A DNA stretch of 53,625 nucleotides from positions 1-53,625 of the forward strand of contig CALFUV010000003.1 in assembly GCA_937929825.1 (NCBI GenBank), in the 5' to 3' direction. Every line of letters starts with the position of its first letter. The stretch's first letter is position 1. The translations under genes and the position numbers were made by a program. The DNA comes from an uncultured Patescibacteria group bacterium (GTDB lineage: Bacteria; Patescibacteriota; Patescibacteriia; Veblenbacterales; UBA10138). Of this stretch, positions 17,213 through 27,396 are shown piece by piece. Under the pieces are notes generated by a model, which saw nothing but the letters and a program-made list of their open reading frames with translations, was not told the DNA's origin and did not search any database.

Positions 17213-18100
17213 CTAAGCCAATTTTTCTAATAATGGTTGAATATTTATATCATCAATTGATTGTTCAACTAATGCCTGATTTTGAAGTTGTGGTAATTGT
17301 GATTCATAAGTTGCTCGGTATTCCTGATAAAAAAGACCGGTGAAAATCTTATCAATTCTATTTTCATCTACAGATAATTGTGTGGGCCATTCCATTGCCC
17401 GGGCCCAAGCTTTGGCTTTATCAACAGGATTATGACCTTCCTTATCAAGTTCATAAATCCTTTGATAAAACCAGTGAAATGTATTAAGATGATTAAAAGT
17501 TATACAAGGTTGCATAACATCAATCAGCGCAAAACCTTTATGTTTCATAGCGCCAATAATTAATTCAGTTAATTGTTTAACATTACCAGAAAATCCTCTA
17601 GCCACATATGTCGCGCCCGTATCTATAGCTAACGCAATTGGATTAATTGGCATTTCAATAGCCCCGAAGGGTGTAGATTTAGTAACAACACCATGTTCAG
17701 TGGTGGGTGAAGTTTGTCCTTTAGTTAGTCCATAAATCTGGTTATTGTGAACCACATATGTTATATCCACGTTACGACGCATAGCATGAATTAAATGCCC
17801 TAAGCCAATACCATAACCATCACCATCGCCACCCACCGCCACTACAGGTAATTTATGGTTAGCTAATTTAATAGCTGTAGCCACTGGAATACTACGACCG
17901 TGTAATCCATGAAAACCGTAAACATTTAGAAAACTGGCCATATTACCCGAACAACCGATGCCAAATACTACACAAATTTGATAAGGCGCCAAACCTTGTT
18001 CAACAAAAGCATTTTTGAGAGCTGTCCAAATACCAAAGTCCCCACAACCCGGACACCAAGTGGGAAATTGACCAGTTTCAAAATCTTTACCCGTTGACAT
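17213..18100 (-). CDS. 2-oxoacid:ferredoxin oxidoreductase, beta (TPP-binding) subunit
   Basis: 295 aa. N-terminal WCPGCGDFG and TPP motif GGDGDGYGIG...N. Overlaps the alpha subunit gene by 14 nt. Confidence 0.9.
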   Translation of the reverse strand: MSTGKDFETGQFPTWCPGCGDFGIWTALKNAFVEQGLAPYQICVVFGIGCSGNMASFLNVYGFHGLHGRSIPVATAIKLANHKLPVVAVGGDGDGYGIGLGHLIHAMRRNVDITYVVHNNQIYGLTKGQTSPTTEHGVVTKSTPFGAIEMPINPIALAIDTGATYVARGFSGNVKQLTELIIGAMKHKGFALIDVMQPCITFNHLNTFHWFYQRIYELDKEGHNPVDKAKAWARAMEWPTQLSVDENRIDKIFTGLFYQEYRATYESQLPQLQNQALVEQSIDDINIQPLLEKLA

Positions 18101-19829
18101 AATTTATTATTTCTTCAGGATTAATTGGCCGACCATCATATTTTAAAATTTTTTCGGCAATATCAATACCGGTTTTCTCACGAATCAAGCCACCTAATTG
18201 CCCGGAATAATTATTTTCAATCAAAATCCTCTGTTTAGCTTGGCGTAAAACAGAATCAACCTCCTTAACTGGAAAAGGTTCAAAACACCGAACTTGCAAG
18301 AAATTAACTTGCTTACCTTCGCCTGTTAATGCTTTTATAGCTTCTAATATAGGGCCCTTAGTGCTTCCCCAACCAACTAAAGTAATATCGGCTCCCTCTA
18401 AACCATATAATTTTATTGGTTCTTTAATATATGCACGCAGTGACTGTATTTTTTTCATTCTTTTTTCCAATTGGATAGTTCTTACTTTAGCTTCCTCGTT
18501 AGCTAAACCTGTATCATCATGCTCATCACTATTGGCTGTAAAAATTCCACCAGCTTGACCAGGCAAAGAACGCGAACTCACGCCCGACATTGTTACAGCA
18601 TAACGTACGAATCTGGCATCTACTGCTAATCTATTCGTATCGGCTAACTCTCCCCGATCTATCCTTAAACTATCTTGATTAAATAACGGTACTGTTTGTC
18701 TGGCCTCAGCCAAATATTTATCAGTCAAGATAATCACTGGTAACTGATATTTATCAGCTATATTATGAGCTAAAAAAGTAAGCTCATAGCACTCTTCTGG
18801 ATCGCCCGGTGCTAAAACAACTCTCGGAAAATCTCCTTGGCCAGCGTGCAAAGCAAATCTTAAATCACCTTGTTCAGTCCAAGTAGGAAGCCCAGTAGCA
18901 GGGCCCGGGCGTTGAGCTATTACTACTACGGTACCACATTCAGTCATACCAGATAAACCTAAAGCTTCAGTCATTAAGGAAAAGCCTCCTCCAGAAGTTG
19001 CTGTCATACTCCTGACTCCAGCAAAACTAGCTCCTACTATCATATTTATAGCAGCAATCTCATCTTCAGTTTGTTTAACCACTAAATTGTAATTCCTTTC
19101 TTGTGCCACTAAATAATGTAATATAGAAGTGGCTGGTGTCATTGGATAAGCCGCATAAAATTTCATACCAGCTTTTATAGCCCCTAAAGCTATGGCTTCA
19201 TTACCATTAATTAATATTTTGGGGTTATTAATTCGACGAACTTTAAGTTTATATTCAAATTGACTGGAGTATTTATGATTAACATAATCATAACCAGCTT
19301 TAGCGGCTAATTGATTAAGTTCAATAATTTTAGAACCTTTTTTCTCAAAAAACCTAGCAATTAAATCAAACAAATAATTATAAGGGTAATTTATTAAACC
19401 AAAACTGCTACCCACCGCTACCATATTACGTATTACTTTTTGACCACCTGCTTGTTTAGCCAAATCCGCCATTGGTACAGCAAAGCAATTTTTTTGACGT
19501 GTAGCACAGGCATATTCTCGTAAAGTATTATCATTTTCGTCATAAATTAAGCCACCATCCGGCACCAATTCATGAAGATGTTTTTCTATTGTTTCTTTGT
19601 TTAAGGCTACTAATAAATCTATATGTGAACTATGTGATTGTACATTATCTTCGCGTACCCAAACTTGATAAGTATTATGACCTCCGCGTATCAGTGAAGG
19701 GTATTCCAAATAAGCAAAAGTTTCCAAACCGCCATGCAAACAGGCATAAGCAAAAATTTCTCCGGCTGAAAGTATGCCATAACCCGCTTCTCCACCAATT
19801 TTCCAGTTAAGTCTATTGATTTTGATCAT
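18087..19829 (-). CDS. 2-oxoacid:ferredoxin oxidoreductase, fused gamma-alpha subunit
   Basis: About 580 aa. The N-terminal gamma-like domain (GGEAGYGILSAGE) is fused to a POR/KOR alpha domain (YPMTPATSI...). Track start 19853 is TTG; first ATG is at 19829 (MIKINRLNW). Confidence 0.9.
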   Translation of the reverse strand: MIKINRLNWKIGGEAGYGILSAGEIFAYACLHGGLETFAYLEYPSLIRGGHNTYQVWVREDNVQSHSSHIDLLVALNKETIEKHLHELVPDGGLIYDENDNTLREYACATRQKNCFAVPMADLAKQAGGQKVIRNMVAVGSSFGLINYPYNYLFDLIARFFEKKGSKIIELNQLAAKAGYDYVNHKYSSQFEYKLKVRRINNPKILINGNEAIALGAIKAGMKFYAAYPMTPATSILHYLVAQERNYNLVVKQTEDEIAAINMIVGASFAGVRSMTATSGGGFSLMTEALGLSGMTECGTVVVIAQRPGPATGLPTWTEQGDLRFALHAGQGDFPRVVLAPGDPEECYELTFLAHNIADKYQLPVIILTDKYLAEARQTVPLFNQDSLRIDRGELADTNRLAVDARFVRYAVTMSGVSSRSLPGQAGGIFTANSDEHDDTGLANEEAKVRTIQLEKRMKKIQSLRAYIKEPIKLYGLEGADITLVGWGSTKGPILEAIKALTGEGKQVNFLQVRCFEPFPVKEVDSVLRQAKQRILIENNYSGQLGGLIREKTGIDIAEKILKYDGRPINPEEIINYVNG

Positions 19830-20091
19830 TTTCTTTAACTTTTTCAACAACAATTTGTTCTTTAACTTTATTAATCAAATCACTCAATCGCATAGTAATA
19901 ATTACCACTATAACAGTTATTAAAATGGCATAGATAAATTTAGCCCAAACTTCTGATTGTTGAGGAAAAATTAATTTAAATAAAGATTGAATCGCGTCAT
20001 TCCAAGCTAAGGCCGCTACTAAACCAAACCCCGCAGTAACCAGCTGTGACATTTTTTCTAAAATTTCAAGTTTTAAAGATTTTTGACCCAT
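19813..20091 (-). CDS. Small two-TM membrane protein (DUF5654-like, tentative)
   Basis: About 92 aa from the ATG at 20091 (track start 20106 is TTG). Core GFGLVAALAWNDAIQSLFKLIF plus a second TM helix. Family name is recalled from memory, not verified. Confidence 0.45.
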   Translation of the reverse strand: MGQKSLKLEILEKMSQLVTAGFGLVAALAWNDAIQSLFKLIFPQQSEVWAKFIYAILITVIVVIITMRLSDLINKVKEQIVVEKVKENDQNQ

Positions 20092-20144
20092 ATATATATT
20101 ATACAAAAATACCTATTTATTGCTATATATGATTATATAAAAAG

Positions 20145-21308
20145 TTATTTTTTAATTTCTAGAGCAACAGCTAACTCTTCATTAGTTGGTATAGTTAAAA
20201 CAGGAATATCTTTAAGTATTGGCAAACCACTCATAGTTAAATTACGAATTACTTCATTACGCTCGCCAATACCACCAGTAAAAACAATAGCATCTACACT
20301 TCCCAAAATAGCTGCATAAGCTCCAATATACTTTTGCAAACGATATAAATAAATCCTTAAAGCTTTGTGAGCGTTTTTTTGTTCATTTCTACTATATTTT
20401 TTTTGAATCTTAAAACCTAGTATTTCATAACCTGCCCGCATCATTACTTCTCTCATATCAGCTATTCCAGCTATCCCCTTAAGACCCGATTCATAATTAA
20501 GTATCTGTTCTAATTTCTTAATTGAAATACCTTTTTGTTGTAAAAGATACAAAATCAGACCAGGATCTAAATCACCGGCTCGAGTACACATAAGTACCCC
20601 TTCAAGCGGTGTAAAACCCATAGAGGTGTCAATTGGTTTACCGGCCCGAATAGCAGCTACACTACTACCGCTGCCCAAATGACAAGTAATTAAATTGAGT
20701 TGATTATGTGATTTATTTAAAATTTTACCTGCTTCTTTTGTAACATAACTGTGAGATAAACCATGAAAACCATATCTTTTTAGGCCATACTTTTGAGTTA
20801 ATACACGAGGTAATCCATAAATACGACTTTCTTCTGGTAAACCAGCAAACCAAGCAGTATCAAATACAGCTACCTGTTTAACTCCTACAAATAATTGAGC
20901 TGCTGCCCTGATGGTTGCTAATTGTAATGGATTATGAAGCGGCGCTAGATTATTTAAACCTTCCAGTAACTTAATATTTTTGAATGTCAGAGTAGTTGGT
21001 TTAATAAATAAACTACCGCCATGAACAATTCTATGACCTAATAAATTGATGTTTTTTAATAATTTATGCCAAGCTAACATTTTAGACACATAAGCTACAG
21101 CTTGTTGATGATTTTTAAATCTTAATTTTTTTATACCCAAGCGACCATATAATCGCCATTCAGCAAAACTATTTTTTTCACCAATTCTTTCTACTGTACC
21201 ACGACCAGTTTCAACCAAACTTTCAGACTGAAACAAAGCCCACTTTAAAGTAGCACTGCCTGCATTAAGGACTAAAATATTTTTTTCGTTTATTAACTTT
21301 GGAGGCAT
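20145..21308 (-). CDS. ackA: Acetate kinase
   Basis: 387 aa. ILVLNAGSATLKWALF N-terminus, HRIVHGG, and GFHGLSH...HLGSGSS motifs. Confidence 0.95.
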   Translation of the reverse strand: MPPKLINEKNILVLNAGSATLKWALFQSESLVETGRGTVERIGEKNSFAEWRLYGRLGIKKLRFKNHQQAVAYVSKMLAWHKLLKNINLLGHRIVHGGSLFIKPTTLTFKNIKLLEGLNNLAPLHNPLQLATIRAAAQLFVGVKQVAVFDTAWFAGLPEESRIYGLPRVLTQKYGLKRYGFHGLSHSYVTKEAGKILNKSHNQLNLITCHLGSGSSVAAIRAGKPIDTSMGFTPLEGVLMCTRAGDLDPGLILYLLQQKGISIKKLEQILNYESGLKGIAGIADMREVMMRAGYEILGFKIQKKYSRNEQKNAHKALRIYLYRLQKYIGAYAAILGSVDAIVFTGGIGERNEVIRNLTMSGLPILKDIPVLTIPTNEELAVALEIKK

Positions 21309-21311
21309 AAA

Positions 21312-21890
21312 CTATTTATTAATAATTACTCCTTGTTCACCGCCGGTCAAACCAGCTGCGTTAGCTTCATCGGTATCCAACATAAAAGACAACTCATCAA
21401 TCTTAGCCCGACTCTGTACATAAACATTATGCCAAGTAACTGATCTTAATCCTTTAGTCTTAATAGAAATAAGATCTCCATGTTTAAGATGATATTTCCT
21501 TGCCTGAATAGGAGAGATGTGTAAATGACGCTGAGCTACTATCACACCTCTCTTAAGATTGACGTTGCCGGCTGGTCCTCGTAAAATACATCCCGAGCTA
21601 CCTTTTAAATTACCAGAAACACTTAAAATTGGTTCAAGGCCTAATTGTCGGCAGTCTGTGATTGTTAGCTCTACCTGAGTATTTTTTCTAGTAGGTCCCA
21701 CTACTCTAACTTTTATTTTTCCGCGTTTGCCAACTATGGTTACAAATTCACGAGCCGCAAACTGTCCTGGTTGTGATATTTGACGATAAACTTTTAATTT
21801 ATACGACTTACCAAATAACTTTGCTAAATGCTTAGCTGACAAATGAATATGGCGAGCAGAAACTTCAATTGGTACGCTATTGTGGATCAT
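21312..21890 (-). CDS. pduL: Phosphate acyltransferase PduL (phosphate propanoyl/acetyltransferase)
   Basis: About 192 aa with the duplicated PduL signature (PIEVSARHIHLS and VIVAQRHLHISP). Track start 21899 is GTG; ATG is at 21890. Overlaps the end of the PfkB kinase gene. Confidence 0.85.
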   Translation of the reverse strand: MIHNSVPIEVSARHIHLSAKHLAKLFGKSYKLKVYRQISQPGQFAAREFVTIVGKRGKIKVRVVGPTRKNTQVELTITDCRQLGLEPILSVSGNLKGSSGCILRGPAGNVNLKRGVIVAQRHLHISPIQARKYHLKHGDLISIKTKGLRSVTWHNVYVQSRAKIDELSFMLDTDEANAAGLTGGEQGVIINK

Positions 21891-22866
21891 AAATAGCACG
21901 AAATTTTGGTAAAGTACTTAAACTTAATAATCCTTTTTGCGCTCCGGGATGCAAAATAACTGAATTTGAATTTAGCATACCCCATTGCATAGCTACTTTT
22001 AAATTATGCCCAGAAGCTAAATAACCTGCTAACCAACCAGAACCAAAAGCATCACCGGCACCAGTCGTATTCACAGGTTTAATTCCATAAATTGGCTGAT
22101 AAATAATCTTGTTGCCGTCATACAAATATGCTCCACCCCTTCCAGCCGTAATTAAAACCAATTCAGGTCCAAGAGAACGAATTTTTTTCAGTTGAATTGG
22201 TATTTTATGTTCCGCTTTTTGCTTCATGGCTTTTAATAAAATATTAGCCTCATCGTTATTTAAATCTAAAACAGTAACATACTTTAGTAAACTAATAATC
22301 TTGGTTGGTTCTGTTAATTGAGCGGAACCGGGGTTCCAAAATATATTTATTCCACGGGAATTTAAATAAGAAAAAAGTCGAATTAATTTTTTGTGCCAAT
22401 CAGGCATGATTAAAGCCGTAACATAAATCCACCGATACTTCTCAGATAATTTAGATGGTATGGTTAAATTTACTGAGGCTCCTCTGGCCACAAAAGCTAC
22501 ATGATCATGTCCTTGTCCGGCAGTAACAATAAAAGCTAGTGCTGTTTTTAAATGATTATCTTTCTGTACATTCTTAACATTAACTCCAAATTTACGCAGA
22601 TTTTTTATCACTTCATTACCCCGCCAATCACGACCCAGACGGGTAATAATATCTACTTCCACTCCCAAGTAAGATAAACCAACTGCCACATTTGCAGCCC
22701 CACCACCGAAACCATATATCACCTCTAAAGCATCAACTTTACCGCCATAAGGAAAGGCTAAAACTGGTTCAGTACGCCTGCCATGAACATTAATAATATC
22801 AGCCTGAGAAGTAGTAAAAAGTACATCCCAGGTAGCTCCACCGATAACACAGACTTTTTGTTCCAT
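21877..22866 (-). CDS. PfkB-family carbohydrate/nucleoside kinase (ribokinase-like)
   Basis: 329 aa. N-terminal GG dipeptide region (GFGGGAANVAVG) and C-terminal NTTGAGDAFGSG anion-hole motif. Substrate is not inferable. Confidence 0.85.
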   Translation of the reverse strand: MEQKVCVIGGATWDVLFTTSQADIINVHGRRTEPVLAFPYGGKVDALEVIYGFGGGAANVAVGLSYLGVEVDIITRLGRDWRGNEVIKNLRKFGVNVKNVQKDNHLKTALAFIVTAGQGHDHVAFVARGASVNLTIPSKLSEKYRWIYVTALIMPDWHKKLIRLFSYLNSRGINIFWNPGSAQLTEPTKIISLLKYVTVLDLNNDEANILLKAMKQKAEHKIPIQLKKIRSLGPELVLITAGRGGAYLYDGNKIIYQPIYGIKPVNTTGAGDAFGSGWLAGYLASGHNLKVAMQWGMLNSNSVILHPGAQKGLLSLSTLPKFRAIYDPQ

Positions 22867-22912
22867 ATTATAAATTGTAGCATAAAATTTTTATAACAAG
22901 TATACTAAACAT

Positions 22913-23266
22913 ATGGCTCGTTTAATATCTTTTATAATTGGGGTGATATTTACTAGTCTTGGTTTATTAGGGTTTTTTAAACCAAATTTAATGTATTTGG
23001 TTCAATTTGATTTATTCCAAAGTTTTTGTTATTTAGTAATTGGCGCTCTTGGTTTAAAAATCAGTCTAGATAAAGAACCTAAACAACTACAACTTAAAAA
23101 ATATTTAACCGTTGTAGCTGTTTTTAATTTAGTTTTAATGATGTTAGGTTTAATTTGGCCAAATTTAGGTGATATTTTTCATTTGGAAATACCTGAACAT
23201 TTCTTTCATGCCGGTGTTGGTTTAATTTCTGCTTTAACAGCTGATTATAGCCAAGATCTTAGTTAA
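22913..23266 (+). CDS. Small polytopic membrane protein (DUF4383-like, tentative)
   Basis: 117 aa with four hydrophobic segments and the pattern IGVIFTSLGLLGFF...HAGVGLISALTA. TATACT (22901-22906) lies 6 nt upstream of the ATG. Confidence 0.5.
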   Translation: MARLISFIIGVIFTSLGLLGFFKPNLMYLVQFDLFQSFCYLVIGALGLKISLDKEPKQLQLKKYLTVVAVFNLVLMMLGLIWPNLGDIFHLEIPEHFFHAGVGLISALTADYSQDLS

Positions 23267-23658
23267 TTTTCTGTTGTTTGTCCGTCAAAATGTTCTTCGT
23301 TTGCAAGCGCTTCTGTTTTAGTTCTTCTAATAACCTGATCTTTATGTTCTGGTGGACTATAAACAGTGTACAACTTCAAAGGATCTGTGCCGGTATTGAC
23401 AATATTATGTTTTAAACCAGCGGGCACCACTACGGCACTACCATCTAATAACTGATACTCACGGCCATTAAGGATCGCTAAACCTTGTCCGGATTCAATT
23501 CTAATAAATTGATCTAAATTATGAACTTCTTCACCTATATCTTCACCGGGTAACAAAGACATTAAAACTAGCTGGCTATTCTTGGCAGTATATAATACCT
23601 GTCTAAAATTTTGATTATCTAAAGTGGCTTTTTCTAAATTAATTATAAAACCTAACAT
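23263..23658 (-). CDS. Cupin domain protein
   Basis: 131 aa single cupin barrel: G-x5-H-x-H-like EEVHNLDQFIRIESGQG followed by VVVPAGLKHNIVN. Confidence 0.8.
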   Translation of the reverse strand: MLGFIINLEKATLDNQNFRQVLYTAKNSQLVLMSLLPGEDIGEEVHNLDQFIRIESGQGLAILNGREYQLLDGSAVVVPAGLKHNIVNTGTDPLKLYTVYSPPEHKDQVIRRTKTEALANEEHFDGQTTEN

Positions 23659-23670
23659 ATTATTTAATAG

Positions 23671-24033
23671 TTAATTATTAGTTAAAGCTTTTTTAAGAGC
23701 AATTAAAGGTAATAATACACATTTTAAGCGGCTAGGGCTTGGCTTTACCCCCAACTCACCTAAAAGCCATTCTTCATTAATAATTGAAACTTGATTTAGA
23801 GGTATTTTTTGTATATGTTCAGCAATAACATCAGCCGCTGCCAAGGAAAGTACACAACCCTCACCTTGCCAGACAGCTTGAATAATTTTTTTTCTTTTAA
23901 TACTTAACTGAAATTCTATTCTGTCACCACACAAAGAATTATTTTCTACGGAAATATGAGTTGGATTATTAATAGTACCACGATAACGAGGTTTTTTGTA
24001 ATGATCCATTATTTTTTGTTGATAAATATCCAT
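23671..24033 (-). CDS. sufU: Fe-S cluster scaffold, SufU/IscU (NifU N-terminal) type
   Basis: 120 aa. HYKKPRYRG, LCGD, GEGCVLSLAAAD and C-terminal RLKCVLLP conserved Cys/Asp ligands. Sits directly after sufS. Confidence 0.8.
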   Translation of the reverse strand: MDIYQQKIMDHYKKPRYRGTINNPTHISVENNSLCGDRIEFQLSIKRKKIIQAVWQGEGCVLSLAAADVIAEHIQKIPLNQVSIINEEWLLGELGVKPSPSRLKCVLLPLIALKKALTNN

Positions 24034-24036
24034 AAA

Positions 24037-25254
24037 TCAAGAAATAATTTGCCGGGCTTTATTTAAACCAAAAATTAAAGCCTGCATATCTTCCTCTCCA
24101 TTATAAATGGTAAAAGAAGCTCTGGCCGTGGCTGGTATGCCAAATTTACTATGTAATGGCATAACACAATGATGACCTGCTCTGATGGCTATTCCTATTG
24201 AATCTAAAATAGTAGCCAAATCATGAGGATGAAGACCATCAATCACAAAAGAAAAAATAGCCCCACGATTCTTATTGTCTTTAGGGCCTATAAGTTTAAG
24301 GTTTGGTATTTTGGTAAATTGTTCTAAACAATAAGCTGTAAGTTCTTTTTCGTAACTTTCAACTGTAGTCATTGATATTTGATTAATAAAATCAATTGCT
24401 GCTCCTAAACCAATAACCTCGGCTATTGGCGGGGTACCAGCTTCAAACTTATCAGGTATTGAAGCATAGCTGGCTGTTTGATAATTTACTTCTTTTATCA
24501 TATGCCCCCCATATTCAACAGGGGGCATTTTTTCTAATAATTCTTCTCGTCCCCACAAAATACCTAAACCTGAGGGGCCAAATAACTTATGGCTGGAAAA
24601 AGCTAATAAATCACAATTAATTTCTTGCACATCAATTTTTTTATGTTGTACTGCTTGGGCAGCGTCAATAATAGTAATAGCCCCAGCCTTTTTAGCCAGG
24701 TCAACTAACTCCTCAACTTCAGTCACCGTACCAGTAACATTAGACATAGCGGTCATAACTAATACTTTAGGTTTAGATTTTATTTGCTGGCGTGCCTTAT
24801 TAATATCCAAGCGACCATCTGGTGTCACTGGAATAAACTCGAGTTTTAAATTATGTCGATGTCCAGCTTCCTGCCAGGGCACCAAACTGGCATGATGTTC
24901 TAGTTCGGTCAGCAAAACTATATCACCGGCTCTAAAATCTATACTTAAACTACGTGCAGCTAAATTTAAAGCAGCTGTAGCGTTACGAGTAAATATTATT
25001 TCACGAGCTGAAGCGGCGTTTATAAAACGGGCAATTTTTTCTCTAGCATCTTCATATAAACTGGTAACTATTTCGGCTATATTATAAGAACCACGATGAA
25101 CATTGGCATAAAAATTCCGGTATAATTTATCCATAGCCTCCAACACTACTGCTGGTTTCTGACAAGAAGCAGCATTATCCAAAAAAACCAAATCCCGATT
25201 CTGGGTAAAAATTGGGAAGTCCTCTTTAAGCGCTGATCCAATTTTATATTTCAT
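24037..25254 (-). CDS. sufS: Cysteine desulfurase SufS (class V aminotransferase)
   Basis: 405 aa. PLP lysine context SSHKLFGPSG and catalytic loop RAGHHCVMPL. Confidence 0.93.
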   Translation of the reverse strand: MKYKIGSALKEDFPIFTQNRDLVFLDNAASCQKPAVVLEAMDKLYRNFYANVHRGSYNIAEIVTSLYEDAREKIARFINAASAREIIFTRNATAALNLAARSLSIDFRAGDIVLLTELEHHASLVPWQEAGHRHNLKLEFIPVTPDGRLDINKARQQIKSKPKVLVMTAMSNVTGTVTEVEELVDLAKKAGAITIIDAAQAVQHKKIDVQEINCDLLAFSSHKLFGPSGLGILWGREELLEKMPPVEYGGHMIKEVNYQTASYASIPDKFEAGTPPIAEVIGLGAAIDFINQISMTTVESYEKELTAYCLEQFTKIPNLKLIGPKDNKNRGAIFSFVIDGLHPHDLATILDSIGIAIRAGHHCVMPLHSKFGIPATARASFTIYNGEEDMQALIFGLNKARQIIS

Positions 25255-25996
25255 ACAAAAATTCTGTACTTATATCTAATGGTACACCAATTAATGCAGG
25301 ATTCAAGAAGGCTGATAATAATAACTTTTCTGATTTATTTTTTGTTAAGCCACGTGAACGTAGATAAAAAATTTCCTCAGCTGATAATTGTCCAATAGTT
25401 GCTCCATGGGAAGCTTTTACATCATTAGTTAAAATCTCCAACTCAGGTCTAGAAACTGCTTTAGCTAAATTGCCTAATAAAACTGTTTTATCTGATAAAT
25501 AAGCATCGGTATTTTTACCGTTCTCAGATATTAGTAATTTGCCAAGCAAATTACTAAAAGAAGAATCTTTTTGCACTCTTCTAGCAACTATTCGTCCTCG
25601 CGAATGGGCGTTTAAATGCTGTATAGTAAAATTTAAATCAGTTTGACTCTGCTTTGACATAATTAATGGTGCCTGCAAATTTACCTGTGAATTTGTACCA
25701 ATCAATTTAATTGAAACTTGTAACTCATATTTATAATGTTGTTTTAATTTTCCCAATAAAGTCACAGTAAATTGGCTATTAGATTCTACCTCTGCTGTAA
25801 TTTGTAAAGCCCTGTTTATCTCTGAGGTAATAAAATGCACACCTACACCCTTGCTAACATTAACTTTTAAATTACAAATATCTCCTTTACATCTTGCAAT
25901 TACCAAGCCAACAGATAACGGCTCCACTTGTACAACTTGATTGTGTTCTACAATTAATTCTTGTCGATTAAATTTTCCACTATAAATTTTTGTCAT
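25244..25996 (-). CDS. sufD: SufD-like Fe-S assembly protein (short form)
   Basis: 250 aa. C-terminal SufBD beta-helix region (ASHGATIGQLSAEEIFYLRSRGL). Positioned between sufB and sufS. Confidence 0.8.
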   Translation of the reverse strand: MTKIYSGKFNRQELIVEHNQVVQVEPLSVGLVIARCKGDICNLKVNVSKGVGVHFITSEINRALQITAEVESNSQFTVTLLGKLKQHYKYELQVSIKLIGTNSQVNLQAPLIMSKQSQTDLNFTIQHLNAHSRGRIVARRVQKDSSFSNLLGKLLISENGKNTDAYLSDKTVLLGNLAKAVSRPELEILTNDVKASHGATIGQLSAEEIFYLRSRGLTKNKSEKLLLSAFLNPALIGVPLDISTEFLYEI

Positions 25997-27396
25997 CCTA
26001 CACTACCTTCCATTTCTAATTCAATAAGTCGGTTTAGTTCAACTGCATATTCCATAGGTAGCTCACGAGCGATAGGTTCAATAAAACCGGAAACTATCAA
26101 ACCAGTAGCCTCATTTTCGCTTAAACCTCGTGATCGCAAATAAAATAGCTGCTCTTCACCTACCTTGGAAACAACCGCTTCATGTTCTACCTGAGCATCA
26201 CATGTTTTTATATCCATAGTAGGATAAGTATCGCTTCGTGATTGCGCATCCATTAATAAAGCATCACATTTCACTTTTGATTGGGCATTACTAGCTTGAG
26301 CTGCAATATGTAATAACCCTCTGTAAGTAGTGTGTCCCCCACCGCGGGAAATTGATTTGGAAACTATATTACTACTGGTATCCGTTGCCAAATGAACTGC
26401 TTTAGCACCAGCATCTTGGTGTTGTCCATTTCCAGCATAAGCCAAGGAAAGTACATCTGCCCTTGAGCCTCGACCTTTCATAAAAACACTCGGATATTTC
26501 ATAGTCACTTTACTGCCAAAATTTCCATCAATCCATTCAACAATTGCCCCCTCTTCGGCTATAGCGCGCTTGGTAACTAAATTATAAACATCATTACTCC
26601 AGTTTTGAATGGTTGTATAACGCACCCGGGAATAAGGTTTAGCTATTATTTCAACTACTGCACAATGCAAAGAATCTACCGCATATACAGGCGCAGTACA
26701 ACCCTCTACATAATTTACCACACTACCCTCCTCAGCAATTATCAAAGTTCGTTCAAATTGCCCCATATTTTGAGCATTAAGACGAAAATAAGCCTGAAGT
26801 GGTACTGTTACTTGCACACCACGCGGTACATATACAAAACTTCCTCCACTCCAAACAGAAGTATTAAGAGCAGCAAATTTATTATCATTTAAAGGCACAA
26901 CCGTGCCAAAATATTTTTTAACAATTTCTGGATAAGCACGCAAGCCTGAATCCATATCCAAAAATATTACACCTTGTTTTTTCCATTCTTCTTTTAAATT
27001 ATGATAAACAGCTTCGCTATCATACTGTGCACCAACACCGCTTAAAAACTTCTGTTCAGCCTGCGGAATGCCTAACCTATCAAAAGTCTTTTTAATTTTT
27101 TCCGGCACTTTTTCCCAAGTGCTTTCTTGGCGCTCTGATGGTTTAAGATAATAACAAATAGCTTGAAAATCTATACCCGATAAATCTGCTCCCCAATTTG
27201 GCACAATACGCTTATTAAACGCTGCTAAAGCCTTAAGCCTAAGTTTTCGCATCCAAACTGGTTCATTTTTAATAAATGATATTTCCTCCACCACCCTTGA
27301 AGATAAGCCCGGCGGAATACTATAAATAGGTTTTATGTCATCAAAAAAACCATAACTATATTGATTAATCATCTTAATATGATTATTCTTTAACAT
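25993..27396 (-). CDS. sufB: Fe-S cluster assembly protein SufB
   Basis: Strong SufB pattern (YSYGF..., ...HEAVVSKVGEEQLFYLRSRGLSE...). Track start 27408 is TTG. ATG candidates are 27396 (14-nt overlap with sufC) or 27372 (MINQYSYGF). Confidence 0.95.
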   Translation of the reverse strand: MLKNNHIKMINQYSYGFFDDIKPIYSIPPGLSSRVVEEISFIKNEPVWMRKLRLKALAAFNKRIVPNWGADLSGIDFQAICYYLKPSERQESTWEKVPEKIKKTFDRLGIPQAEQKFLSGVGAQYDSEAVYHNLKEEWKKQGVIFLDMDSGLRAYPEIVKKYFGTVVPLNDNKFAALNTSVWSGGSFVYVPRGVQVTVPLQAYFRLNAQNMGQFERTLIIAEEGSVVNYVEGCTAPVYAVDSLHCAVVEIIAKPYSRVRYTTIQNWSNDVYNLVTKRAIAEEGAIVEWIDGNFGSKVTMKYPSVFMKGRGSRADVLSLAYAGNGQHQDAGAKAVHLATDTSSNIVSKSISRGGGHTTYRGLLHIAAQASNAQSKVKCDALLMDAQSRSDTYPTMDIKTCDAQVEHEAVVSKVGEEQLFYLRSRGLSENEATGLIVSGFIEPIARELPMEYAVELNRLIELEMEGSVG

